In this document: positions 8,578-16,836 of the stretch, piece by piece
Layout of the letters: the number at the start of each line of letters is the position of its first letter
How positions within the stretch are numbered: the first letter of the stretch is position 1
Assembly: GCA_016234955.1 (NCBI GenBank)
Contig: JACRNN010000204.1
Location: forward strand, 1 to 39,350
Origin: Deltaproteobacteria bacterium
GTDB taxonomy: Bacteria; Desulfobacterota; GWC2-55-46
DNA: 39,350 nt
Reading direction: 5' to 3'
Notes under the pieces: generated by a model
Databases searched by the model: none
Seen by the model: the letters and a program-made list of their open reading frames with translations, nothing else
Told to the model about the DNA's origin: nothing
Program-made: the position numbers and the translations under genes

Positions 8578-10692
8578 TCACCCTTCCTTTTCGATTTTGC
8601 AGAGTAGCCCGCGTAGCTGGTACGAGCCGAACGCCGGGTCATACGGGGGGCCGTTGTCAGTCAGCACGTTGGCGTTCGACTCGAACGCGCCGTATAGAGG
8701 GCCGTCCCTCTCCGGGAACCACCATCCGTGCTCGACGCTCGCCACGCCGGGGTGGATTTCCTCGGTCACAAGGGCCTTCATCCTGATAGCGCCCCTGCGC
8801 GTGGAAACCCTCACCCACTCGCCGTTTGATACCCCGCTCCTCCGTGCCGCGTCCGGGTGGAGTTCCACCTGCGGGTCTGGCCGGAGCCTCCTCAGTGAAT
8901 CCACCTGCCTGTGCTCGCTGTGGAAGAACTCCGGCCTGCGGCTGCCGGTGATGAGTATGAGCGGAAATTCCTCCGCGATATCCGGCGCTGAGACCGGGCC
9001 CTCAGGGGGCTCCTTGAACGTCGGCAGGGGGCCGTAGCCCATCCTCTGCAGCGTCTTTGAATATAGCTCGACCTTCCTTGAAGGGGTTCTGAACCCTTGC
9101 TTCTCATACCTCCTGTACTCATGCGGAGGGAAGATGAAGGTCTTTTTCTTCAAATCATCGAAGTTTACGCCGAGCGGCTCGAGCTGGTGGTTTATCACGT
9201 CCTCGATGGTATCCCAGGCGCCGGGCAGCCCGAGCCTCTTTGACAGCTCGTTCATTATCCACTCGTCCTGCATGGACTCGTGGTGGACGGTTATCCTCTG
9301 CTGCGCCATCACCATGTTCTCAACGACGAGCGGGTACCCGATGGCCTGATCGACCTCTGTCCAGAAGGCCGCGGGCAGGACGTAGTCCGCGTGCGCGGCG
9401 GTCGGGGTCATGAAAAGGTCCGTTACCGCGAGGAGGTCGAGCTTCTTGATGCCCTCGTAGACCTCTTTCGAGTTTGCCACGGACGTTAGCGCGTTGTTGC
9501 CGAATATCAGCAAAGCCCTCACGCGGTAGGGGTCGCCCTCCCTCATGGCCCTGAAGAGCGCGGGGATGTGGGCGGACGGCATGAAGGCCCTCCAGCCCCC
9601 GAGGAGCTTGAACTCATCGGCCCCGAGCCGCTTCTTTAGCGCCCCCTCCGGGAGCTTGTCCTTCAAGGTCGGGTAGCTCCTTATGATGTTCATCCCGAGG
9701 ATGTCCCCGCCGGGAACGTCGAGGTTGCCGGTTATGGCGCGAAGTATGGCGAGCGCCCTCACGGTCTGGAGCGAGTTTGGGTTCTGCTCTATGCCGAGAC
9801 CCCATTCGAGTATGGCGGGCTTATTAAGCGCATAAGTCCTGGCCGCCGTTATTATCGCTGAAGCGGGGACGGTGGTGACGGACCCTGCCCACTCGGGGGT
9901 GAATGGCGCGACGTGGTTTTTAAGCTCCTCGAACCCGGTTGTCCATCTCTCGACGAACTCCCTGTCGTATATCCCCTCGGCGATTATCACGTTTATCATC
10001 GCGAGGGCGAGGGCGGCGTCCGTGCCGGGCCTGACCGGGAGCCACTGGGCGCACCTTCGGGCCGTCTCGCTCCTCCTCGGGTCTACGGAGATCGCCGCGC
10101 ACCCGGTGTCGAGCGCGCGCTTGACCGAAGGCGCTATCTCGCCGTCAGGCCCTGAGACTAACGGGTTGTGGCCCCAGAAAAGGATGCACCGGGGAGAGAC
10201 CTCGCCGTAATAATCGCCGACCACGAAGCCGCCGTAGGTCAGGTTGCTTACGGTTATCCTCGGGATGAAGCACTGCGCAAGGCCCGGTTCGTACCAGTTG
10301 GGGGTGCCGAGCGCGTTAGCGAACCTCACCACGTGCATGTAGTGGTGGCGTCCCGTGCCCTGCCCGATGGCGATGGATTCCGGCCCTGATTCCCCTCTTA
10401 TCCCGTCTATCCTGCCCGCTATCTCGTTCAGCGCGTCGTCCCACGAAAGCCTCTGCCACTGGCCGTCTCCCCTGCCCTTCTTCCTCTTCATCGGGTATTT
10501 GAGGCGGTCCGGGTGGTTTGCTATATCCGGGGACTTCACCCCCTTGACGCACATCCAGCCCCTGTTCATGGGGGAGTCCGGGTCGCCCTTCACGCTTACT
10601 ACGCGCCCGTCCTTTACGTGGACGAATACGCCGCACCCTCCGTGGCAGACCCTGCACACGCTCCTGAATGTCTTTTCGTTGCCGTCGTTCAT
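8578..10692 (-). CDS. Mo/W-bisPGD oxidoreductase, acetylene-hydratase-like branch
   Basis: 704 aa; N-terminal 4Fe-4S motif CRVCHGGC...CVKG, DRLKYPMKR, LFWGHNP, PGTDAALALA, ADYVLPAA, C-terminal molybdopterin-binding domain FFHSEHRQ...VELHP; no Tat signal. Confidence 0.88.
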   Translation of the reverse strand: MNDGNEKTFRSVCRVCHGGCGVFVHVKDGRVVSVKGDPDSPMNRGWMCVKGVKSPDIANHPDRLKYPMKRKKGRGDGQWQRLSWDDALNEIAGRIDGIRGESGPESIAIGQGTGRHHYMHVVRFANALGTPNWYEPGLAQCFIPRITVSNLTYGGFVVGDYYGEVSPRCILFWGHNPLVSGPDGEIAPSVKRALDTGCAAISVDPRRSETARRCAQWLPVRPGTDAALALAMINVIIAEGIYDREFVERWTTGFEELKNHVAPFTPEWAGSVTTVPASAIITAARTYALNKPAILEWGLGIEQNPNSLQTVRALAILRAITGNLDVPGGDILGMNIIRSYPTLKDKLPEGALKKRLGADEFKLLGGWRAFMPSAHIPALFRAMREGDPYRVRALLIFGNNALTSVANSKEVYEGIKKLDLLAVTDLFMTPTAAHADYVLPAAFWTEVDQAIGYPLVVENMVMAQQRITVHHESMQDEWIMNELSKRLGLPGAWDTIEDVINHQLEPLGVNFDDLKKKTFIFPPHEYRRYEKQGFRTPSRKVELYSKTLQRMGYGPLPTFKEPPEGPVSAPDIAEEFPLILITGSRRPEFFHSEHRQVDSLRRLRPDPQVELHPDAARRSGVSNGEWVRVSTRRGAIRMKALVTEEIHPGVASVEHGWWFPERDGPLYGAFESNANVLTDNGPPYDPAFGSYQLRGLLCKIEKEG

Positions 10693-10710
10693 ATTCTCTG
10701 TTTATATATT

Positions 10711-10789
10711 CTTGTGGTGGCAGGAGTTTCCTCCTGCCACCCTATTTAACAAACCACAAGTCGCCGTCAGGAGGAAACTCATGACGGCG
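10711..10789. repeat. REP-like inverted hairpin doublet
   Basis: GGTGGCAGGAG-TTTC-CTCCTGCCACC (10716-10741, perfect 11 bp) and CGCCGTCAGGAG-GAAA-CTCATGACGGCG (10762-10789, 11/12). Shared core CA(G/T)GAGTTTCCTCCTG in opposite orientations. Confidence 0.7.
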
Positions 10790-10803
10790 CTGAAAATTAC
10801 TAT

Positions 10804-11778
10804 TTATTTACGCCCCCCGCGCGCCACACCCCAGAGCGCCCCGAGCCCGATTGACACGGCTCTCAGAAAAAGCAGCGCCGGAGAGACAACGGCCACTGCC
10901 GGGTCCTTGCGTAAGGCCGTTAGAAAAAAAGGCGTTGACAGGGCGAGAAAAAAGCCCCCCGCCAAAACGAATAGGAGCAACCCGTATGCGGGGAAGAGCA
11001 GGCCCACAGGCAGGCACGCCCCAATCATCATGGCGGCTAATATCTGGAACTTGAGCGTCTGGGGGGTGTATGTGTCCTTGAGCATCTTGTCCGGGAACCT
11101 CTTGTACACGACCATCCTCCAGTACCCCCTCCAGAACTTGAGCCTCGCGTACCTCTTGATCGAGTCCGGGTGGTTGAGGTGGCATACCACGGCCCGCGGG
11201 TTGAAGACCATCCTGTGCCCTGAGCTTGAGAGCCTGTAGGACAGCTCCGTATCCTCGTTGTTGGGCGCCGGAAAGCCCGTGTCAAAGCCGCCCGCCACGT
11301 CAAAGACCTCTTTCCTGAAGGCGGCCGAATAGGTATCGACCATGTCGATGGAGGGGGCCGCCTTCAGCATCTCGAACCTCTCCTCGAACTCGATCTGCGA
11401 GAACCGCGCCACTATGCCTGGCTGTAGAGTCCTGTACGCGCCCTTGACCGCCGAGACCGACGGGTCGGCAAAAGGCCTTGCCATCTCCTTTATCCAGTCG
11501 CTCTCCGGGACGCAGTCCGAGTCGGTAAAGAGGATTATCCCGCCCCTTGCCTCCCTCGCCCCCGCGTTCCTCGCGGCGGCCGGACCGAGGTTTCTCTGCC
11601 GGATGCACTTGACGGAGTAGCCCTTGACGATCAGCGGCGTGGAATCCGTGGATCCGTCGTCCACAACGATGACCTCGTAGCGTCCCTTCCCTACGGTCTG
11701 GTCCCGGAGCGAGCCGAGGCACTTATCTATCGTCCTTGCGGCGTTGTACGCCGGAACTATGACGGAAAACTCTATCAT
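10804..11778 (-). CDS. GT2 family glycosyltransferase with C-terminal TM helices
   Basis: SVIVPAYNA, VVDDGSTD, GPAAARNAG, FTDSDC, NEDTELSYRL; hydrophobic C-terminus. Confidence 0.92.
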   Translation of the reverse strand: MIEFSVIVPAYNAARTIDKCLGSLRDQTVGKGRYEVIVVDDGSTDSTPLIVKGYSVKCIRQRNLGPAAARNAGAREARGGIILFTDSDCVPESDWIKEMARPFADPSVSAVKGAYRTLQPGIVARFSQIEFEERFEMLKAAPSIDMVDTYSAAFRKEVFDVAGGFDTGFPAPNNEDTELSYRLSSSGHRMVFNPRAVVCHLNHPDSIKRYARLKFWRGYWRMVVYKRFPDKMLKDTYTPQTLKFQILAAMMIGACLPVGLLFPAYGLLLFVLAGGFFLALSTPFFLTALRKDPAVAVVSPALLFLRAVSIGLGALWGVARGGRK

Positions 11779-11782
11779 CCGC

Positions 11783-13243
11783 TCACGTGCTCTGGAGCCT
11801 TGAGCCGCGTATCAGGTATTTGGCGAAGGTCCGGAGGGACTTAAGCGTCCTTCTTATCTCCCTCGGGTGCGCTATCATCTGGGATAATTTATAGAGGATA
11901 TAGCCCGGCCTCAGATAGAACTCCCTCCTCGCGTCGTCGCAGAACCTGACAAGCTCCTCGGCGCTCAACTCCTCTGTCCTTATGACGGTATTGTGGAGCC
12001 CCTCCTGGGTTATCCATTCGGAGAAGTCCGAGCTCCTTATGAGGCCCCTCTGCCTGTACCAGTCGTACGCCTCGGTGCCGGGGTAAACCATCACCGGGTA
12101 GAACTGGACGGTATCGGGGTTGAGGCCCTTTGCGAGGTCGAGGGTCTGCTTGAGCGTCTGCCTCGTCTCGCCGGGGAGCCCGGCCATGAAGCATCCGTGT
12201 ATGAGCATACCGGCCCTCCTGGCGTTGTCCATGAACCCCTTCATCTCCGCGACCTTCGTCTTCTTCTTCATGTTGTCGAGTATCGTCTGGCTACCGCTCT
12301 CAAAGCCGACGCAAAGGGAGCGGCACCCGGCCTCTCTCATCAGGCGCATGGTGTCGTAATCTATCCCTATCCTCGAATTCGCCGTCCAGGATATCTTTAT
12401 CCCCTTCTTGATTATCAGCTCGGACAGGGCCCTGCACCTCTTCTTGTCCACCGTAAGGGTGTCGTCCTCGAAAAAGACCGCCTTTGCCTGTGGGAAGTTC
12501 TCGACGATGTACTCCATCTCCTCCACCACGTTCTCAACGGACCTCAACCTGTAGCCCCTGCCCATGAGCGTCTGAGGGTAGACGCAGAATGTGCACGGGA
12601 ACGGGCACCCCCTGCTCGTCGTTATCGTCACCATCGGGAATAGCGCGTTCGGGTTGAAGTAGTTCTCTATGCGCAAGAACTTCCTGTAGACCTTGCTCAC
12701 GAACGGCAGTGTGTCGAGGTCGTCGAGGAACGGCCTTTTGGGGGTATTGACGAGGGAGCCGTCCTTGAGGTAGCTTATGCCGGGCACGATTCTAAAGTCC
12801 CCTTTTTTCTCAAGCGCTCCGGCTACCTCCACCACGGTCTGCTCGTACTCGTAGCGCGCAACGGCGTCGATCCTCTTGTCGAGCTTGAGCGTCTCTGCCG
12901 GGAGCGCCGAGACGTGTGTGCCAACGAGGAGCACGAACGCCGACGGGCGCTCGTCCTTGAGGCGGCCTCCCACAGCGACGTCGTTATTGATAGACGGCGT
13001 GGAGGTGTCCATCACTATGAGGCCGGGGTTGAAGACTCTCGCCCTCTTAACGACGTCCTCTACGGTCAATCCGTCGGCCGGCGCGTCTATGAAGTCGACC
13101 TCGAAGCCCTTGTCCATGGCCGCGCCCGCGGCGTAGGCGAGCCACATCGGGAAGTAGAGCGTCCCGCTCTTTGTGACGGCCGGGCTCCTCTGCGGCCGGG
13201 AGAACTTCTTCAGAAACGGCGGGTTCAAAAACAGTATCTTCAT
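11783..13243 (-). CDS. Cobalamin-binding radical SAM enzyme, HpnJ-like
   Basis: MKILFLNPP..., YFPMWLAYAA, DTSTPS, RGCPFPCTFC, FFEDDT, VGFESG, GCFMAGLPGET, YPGTE. Confidence 0.88.
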   Translation of the reverse strand: MKILFLNPPFLKKFSRPQRSPAVTKSGTLYFPMWLAYAAGAAMDKGFEVDFIDAPADGLTVEDVVKRARVFNPGLIVMDTSTPSINNDVAVGGRLKDERPSAFVLLVGTHVSALPAETLKLDKRIDAVARYEYEQTVVEVAGALEKKGDFRIVPGISYLKDGSLVNTPKRPFLDDLDTLPFVSKVYRKFLRIENYFNPNALFPMVTITTSRGCPFPCTFCVYPQTLMGRGYRLRSVENVVEEMEYIVENFPQAKAVFFEDDTLTVDKKRCRALSELIIKKGIKISWTANSRIGIDYDTMRLMREAGCRSLCVGFESGSQTILDNMKKKTKVAEMKGFMDNARRAGMLIHGCFMAGLPGETRQTLKQTLDLAKGLNPDTVQFYPVMVYPGTEAYDWYRQRGLIRSSDFSEWITQEGLHNTVIRTEELSAEELVRFCDDARREFYLRPGYILYKLSQMIAHPREIRRTLKSLRTFAKYLIRGSRLQST

Positions 13244-14484
13244 CAGACCACTTCCCTCGTTATTTTATCGTACTGCCTGATCTGCTCCGCCATGAAGCCG
13301 AGCTCACCCTTGAATTCTATGGCCTTGGTCGGGCACGCAAGGAAGCAGTACTGGCATCCTATGCACCCGTTGTCCCTGTCCTCGATCGTCTGCGGGAGCT
13401 TGAGCTCCACGGGGCAGTAGTCCGCGCACCTGGTGCACCCCTTCTCGCAGAGCTCTCTCTTCCACTTGAACCCCTCGAACCTCATCTCGTCCTTTATGAA
13501 GTTGTCCTGCCGGAGCCCCGTTAAAAAGAGCATCTTCCCGAACGCCTCCGTGGAGCAGAGGTAGTTGAAGGCCGCGGTGTTCCGCACGGCGAGGAAGTAC
13601 TTCTGGCGCCTGGGGCTGTGGATGAAGGAGGCGAAGGCGTTGGCTATCGGCTCCTTGAACTTCTTCTTGACGCCTTCGAGGTCGAGCGCGTCGGCGAACT
13701 CGCGGTGGCGAGCGGTCAGCAGGCCATGGTCTTCGGCGGCCTTGAGGGTGCGCACCTTCCTGTAATCGAAGTCCGCGATCCTCGCGCAGACGAGGTCTAT
13801 GAGATATGGGTCGACCCCGAATATGACGACCCCGGTGCGAAGCGGAGTGCCCCTCGTAGGCCCGAGCCCCTCCATGGCGATAAGGCCGTCGACGATGTGG
13901 AGGTGCGGCTTAATCCTCTTATTTATGTTAAGTATGTTCCTGGCGAGGGACCCGTGGGTCTTTTTCTTGTTCTCCTGGCCTACAAGGCACCCCATCATGT
14001 TCTTGAGGCAGACCGTCATGCCGGCCTCGAAGTGGGTCTTGAGCTTCGGCATGTTTATGAAAAAATCGGCCTCCACGCACTCCTTCGCCACCGAGGCCTT
14101 GACGCCGTCCTCGAAATCGACGCTTACGGTCTCGGAGTAGTTGAGGTCGGCTATCTTGACACCGTAATGCCTGGCGAGCCTGTCGTAGGAGAGCCTTGAG
14201 ATGACGCTTATGCCGTTCCTGTAAAAGCCGCTGTTGGTGCCCTCGGCCACCGTGATGTCGGAATAGCCGTAGCCCTTGAGCGCCTTTATGACCGCGGCCA
14301 CGAGCCTCAAATCCGTGGTGTTGCCTGTGAGCGCGTTCATGTTGCTGTTCATGTTCGGCTTTATGAGTATCCGCGCCGACCTCGATGCGGGCAGTATGTC
14401 GCGGTACCTTTCGAGCGTATCCGCAACTGCCTTTACTATGTCCTTGATCGAGTATGCCTTTACTATATCAAGCCTTGGACCCAT
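13243..14484 (-). CDS. DUF362 protein fused to a C-terminal 2x[4Fe-4S] ferredoxin domain
   Basis: ILIKPN, AEG, INMPKLKTH, LKNMMG, IVDGLIAMEG.GP; C-terminal CEKGCTRCADYCP and CIGCQYCFLACP. Start moved to ATG 14484 (RBS GGAGAAGGA). Confidence 0.83.
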   Translation of the reverse strand: MGPRLDIVKAYSIKDIVKAVADTLERYRDILPASRSARILIKPNMNSNMNALTGNTTDLRLVAAVIKALKGYGYSDITVAEGTNSGFYRNGISVISRLSYDRLARHYGVKIADLNYSETVSVDFEDGVKASVAKECVEADFFINMPKLKTHFEAGMTVCLKNMMGCLVGQENKKKTHGSLARNILNINKRIKPHLHIVDGLIAMEGLGPTRGTPLRTGVVIFGVDPYLIDLVCARIADFDYRKVRTLKAAEDHGLLTARHREFADALDLEGVKKKFKEPIANAFASFIHSPRRQKYFLAVRNTAAFNYLCSTEAFGKMLFLTGLRQDNFIKDEMRFEGFKWKRELCEKGCTRCADYCPVELKLPQTIEDRDNGCIGCQYCFLACPTKAIEFKGELGFMAEQIRQYDKITREVV

Positions 14485-15643
14485 TGTTCCTTCTCCCGGT
14501 CGCCTCAAGCAGGTCCGCTACCGCGTCAAATACGTCGTCTACGCCGATACTCTCCATGCACTCATTGTAAGGGGTGTGCCTGCAGACGTCCTCGTCGCAG
14601 GAGTGTCTGCACGGGAAGTCCTTTTCAACGACCCTGTGCGCGTTGCCGCAGGGCCCGGTCTCGTTGCTCTTGGACGGGCCGAATATGGCTACGGTCGGGG
14701 TCTTCCGAGCCGAGGCCAGATGGAGCGGCGCGCTGTCGTTCGTTACGAATACGTCCAGCCTGCCGATTACGGCGGCGCTCGTCCTGATGTCGGTCTTCCC
14801 GGCGAGGCTTACCCCCTTGCGGGACATCCCGCCCAATATCTCCTCTATTAGAGAGGCCTCCTGCGCGGAACCGGTGAAATAGACCCGCGCCCCTAATTCC
14901 CTCACAAGACGGTCTGCGAGGAGCGCGAACTTTTCCGTTCCCCAGCACTTGAGTCCCTTCCTCCCGCCGGGGTGTATGCCGGCGGCAAGTGGTGTGCTTA
15001 TGCCGCCGATACCGAGCGCCTCAATCGCCTTTTTCACTTCACTGCCAGAGGCCGTAAGCCCCCAGTCCAGCTTATCGACGGGAGCGCCTAAAAACCTTAC
15101 TATGTCGAGGTGGTACTCCACCTTGTGCTTGACCTCCTTGAACGGCACCACATGGGTAAGGAGAAACCCTCCGCCTCCCACGTTGTAGCCGACCCTGTAC
15201 CTCGACCTGCTCGGATAGGCGATGAAGAGGATGTCCCTTATATCCCCCCTGGCCTCTATGACGAGGTCGTACCTCTTTTTCCTGAGCGCCTTGAGGAAGC
15301 CGAGGTATTCCCTCAATCCTCCGCCCGGATAGAACCAGAAGGCGTCGTACGCGATCACCGAGTCGACGCAGGGGTTGTCCTTTAAGAGGTCCTTTGCACC
15401 GGTTGAGGTCAGGAAGGTAATCCTGCCTTCGGGGAATAGCTCCCGCAGGGGCCTCAATATTGGCAGGGTCATGACGACGTCGCCGATATAGGCGGTGCGC
15501 ACGACGAGTATCTCGCGTACGCCCTTTGCTTCTATCCTTCCATTGCCTTTAAGGATATTGAGCGGGGACCAGAGAATGCGGCCTATGGCGTCCGCGACCC
15601 TTGTGGCGATCCTCTTCTTCCTGTTGATTATCTTGTAGAACAC
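14468..15643 (-). CDS. GT9 (heptosyltransferase-like) glycosyltransferase
   Basis: ILVVRTAYIGDVVMTLP, YDLVIEARGD, IHPGG..KCW, FVTNDSAPLHLASA, AIFGPS. Confidence 0.9.
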   Translation of the reverse strand: MFYKIINRKKRIATRVADAIGRILWSPLNILKGNGRIEAKGVREILVVRTAYIGDVVMTLPILRPLRELFPEGRITFLTSTGAKDLLKDNPCVDSVIAYDAFWFYPGGGLREYLGFLKALRKKRYDLVIEARGDIRDILFIAYPSRSRYRVGYNVGGGGFLLTHVVPFKEVKHKVEYHLDIVRFLGAPVDKLDWGLTASGSEVKKAIEALGIGGISTPLAAGIHPGGRKGLKCWGTEKFALLADRLVRELGARVYFTGSAQEASLIEEILGGMSRKGVSLAGKTDIRTSAAVIGRLDVFVTNDSAPLHLASARKTPTVAIFGPSKSNETGPCGNAHRVVEKDFPCRHSCDEDVCRHTPYNECMESIGVDDVFDAVADLLEATGRRNNGSKA

Positions 15644-15748
15644 GGCCTTTTACGCTCGTCTCCCCTGTTGCAGGACCGCAACCCGCCCCTGGGGCTTTGG
15701 CACATCATACGAATATAATATGACATCCTGCGCGGTTTTGCCATATTT

Positions 15749-16636
15749 TTAGAGTTTTTTGCCATATTCACAGGCCTTTTCCGCCACCTCGATGAAGTAC
15801 TTTATCATCTGCCCCTTGTGGTTGAGCCCCTCCGGCACCCAGAGGTACCTCTCAGGCGAGGTAGCGTCCATCACAATATTTTCAGGGTTGTCGTTGCACC
15901 GCGTCCAGGGGGACTTGCCGGAGGCGGCGTTATTTATAAGCTCGATAGCATGCCCCTTGTAGCCGCCCTGGACATGGTCCGCGGCCGCCTGGTACCTGAA
16001 GTAATGGCAAGGCAGGCCCTTTATGAATGTGACGGCCTCCCTTTCGTCCCAGAAGTCATCCCTTGAGGACGGGAACTCCTTTAACGGCCTGTGCGTGTCG
16101 TTCTTCGTGGTGTTGAACCTGTTCGAGGGCCCCTCCCAGTCAAATACGTACTTTACCTGTTTCATCGGATAGCGGGAGAGCGCCCCGGTTGTGATGATGA
16201 TGCCTATGGAAAAAGAGAGTATGCCTATGCAACTGGAGTCCGCCTCCGGCAGCCCTGAGAGGTAATCCACCACGGTCGCGAGCTCCCTCTGATGGATCGG
16301 GCCCCAGTAGTCCTCCTTCCCTCCTGACCTGCCCCTGCCCGATGGATCGTAATGGAGGACAATAAAACCGAATGAAGCGAGGTCCTCGGCCCTCAGGGCC
16401 CCGCCCTTTGCCCCGCCTTTGTCGTAGTCCGTCCCTGGGCTGTTGGCGCCGGGGACGAAGACGACGGACGGATATCTGCCCTTAACCACAGGGGCATGGA
16501 CGTGGGCGTAGAGCCTGTACCCGGCGGGCGAGTCTATCCACGCCTCTCTGTATGACGTGTCTAACGGGCTTCTGCCAAGGAAGACGGAGAGGTCGGGGCC
16601 GCTGCTGCGCCCGAAGAATCTTGAAAATATGGACAT
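15749..16636 (-). CDS. Alpha/beta hydrolase (CocE/S15-like)
   Basis: YPSVVFVPG, VLHYDPSGRGRSGG, nucleophile elbow IGILSFSIG, DH near the C-terminus. Confidence 0.75.
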   Translation of the reverse strand: MSIFSRFFGRSSGPDLSVFLGRSPLDTSYREAWIDSPAGYRLYAHVHAPVVKGRYPSVVFVPGANSPGTDYDKGGAKGGALRAEDLASFGFIVLHYDPSGRGRSGGKEDYWGPIHQRELATVVDYLSGLPEADSSCIGILSFSIGIIITTGALSRYPMKQVKYVFDWEGPSNRFNTTKNDTHRPLKEFPSSRDDFWDEREAVTFIKGLPCHYFRYQAAADHVQGGYKGHAIELINNAASGKSPWTRCNDNPENIVMDATSPERYLWVPEGLNHKGQMIKYFIEVAEKACEYGKKL

Positions 16637-16646
16637 ATCTTTATTT

Positions 16647-16836
16647 AGGGTGCCTCCAAAAATCAGATATTTTTCCGAGGTCGAGGCGGGGTGAATGAAA
16701 CCACCCCGGGCTTAAAGCCCCATGAGGTTTCAGAACGCTGAAATAAAAAAGCGGAGCATATATGCTAATATGTGTCCATTTTTATTTTCGCCCCAACAAA
16801 GAGATCGGGAAAAAGAGCAATTTTTAGAGGCACCCT
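16647..16836. mobile_element. 190-bp MITE-like element
   Basis: Terminal inverted repeats AGGGTGCCTCCAAAAAT (16647-16663) and ATTTTTAGAGGCACCCT (16820-16836), 16/17 match, extending imperfectly to ~36 bp. Internal palindrome AGCATATATGCT; no transposase. Confidence 0.75.

Noticed and set aside
8578-10692. True acetylene hydratase, formate dehydrogenase or nitrate reductase
   Set aside because: His replaces the catalytic Asp of acetylene hydratase; no Tat signal, in-frame TGA or partner subunits.
10693-10803. Molybdenum-cofactor riboswitch upstream of the Mo enzyme
   Set aside because: I could not recognise the conserved Moco/Wco motif segments; the hairpins fit a REP-like doublet better. 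An Infernal scan would settle it.
15698-15745. Sigma54 promoter candidates (TGGCAC on +, TGGCA on -)
   Set aside because: The -12 TTGC is absent on +, and GG-GC spacing is off by one on -.
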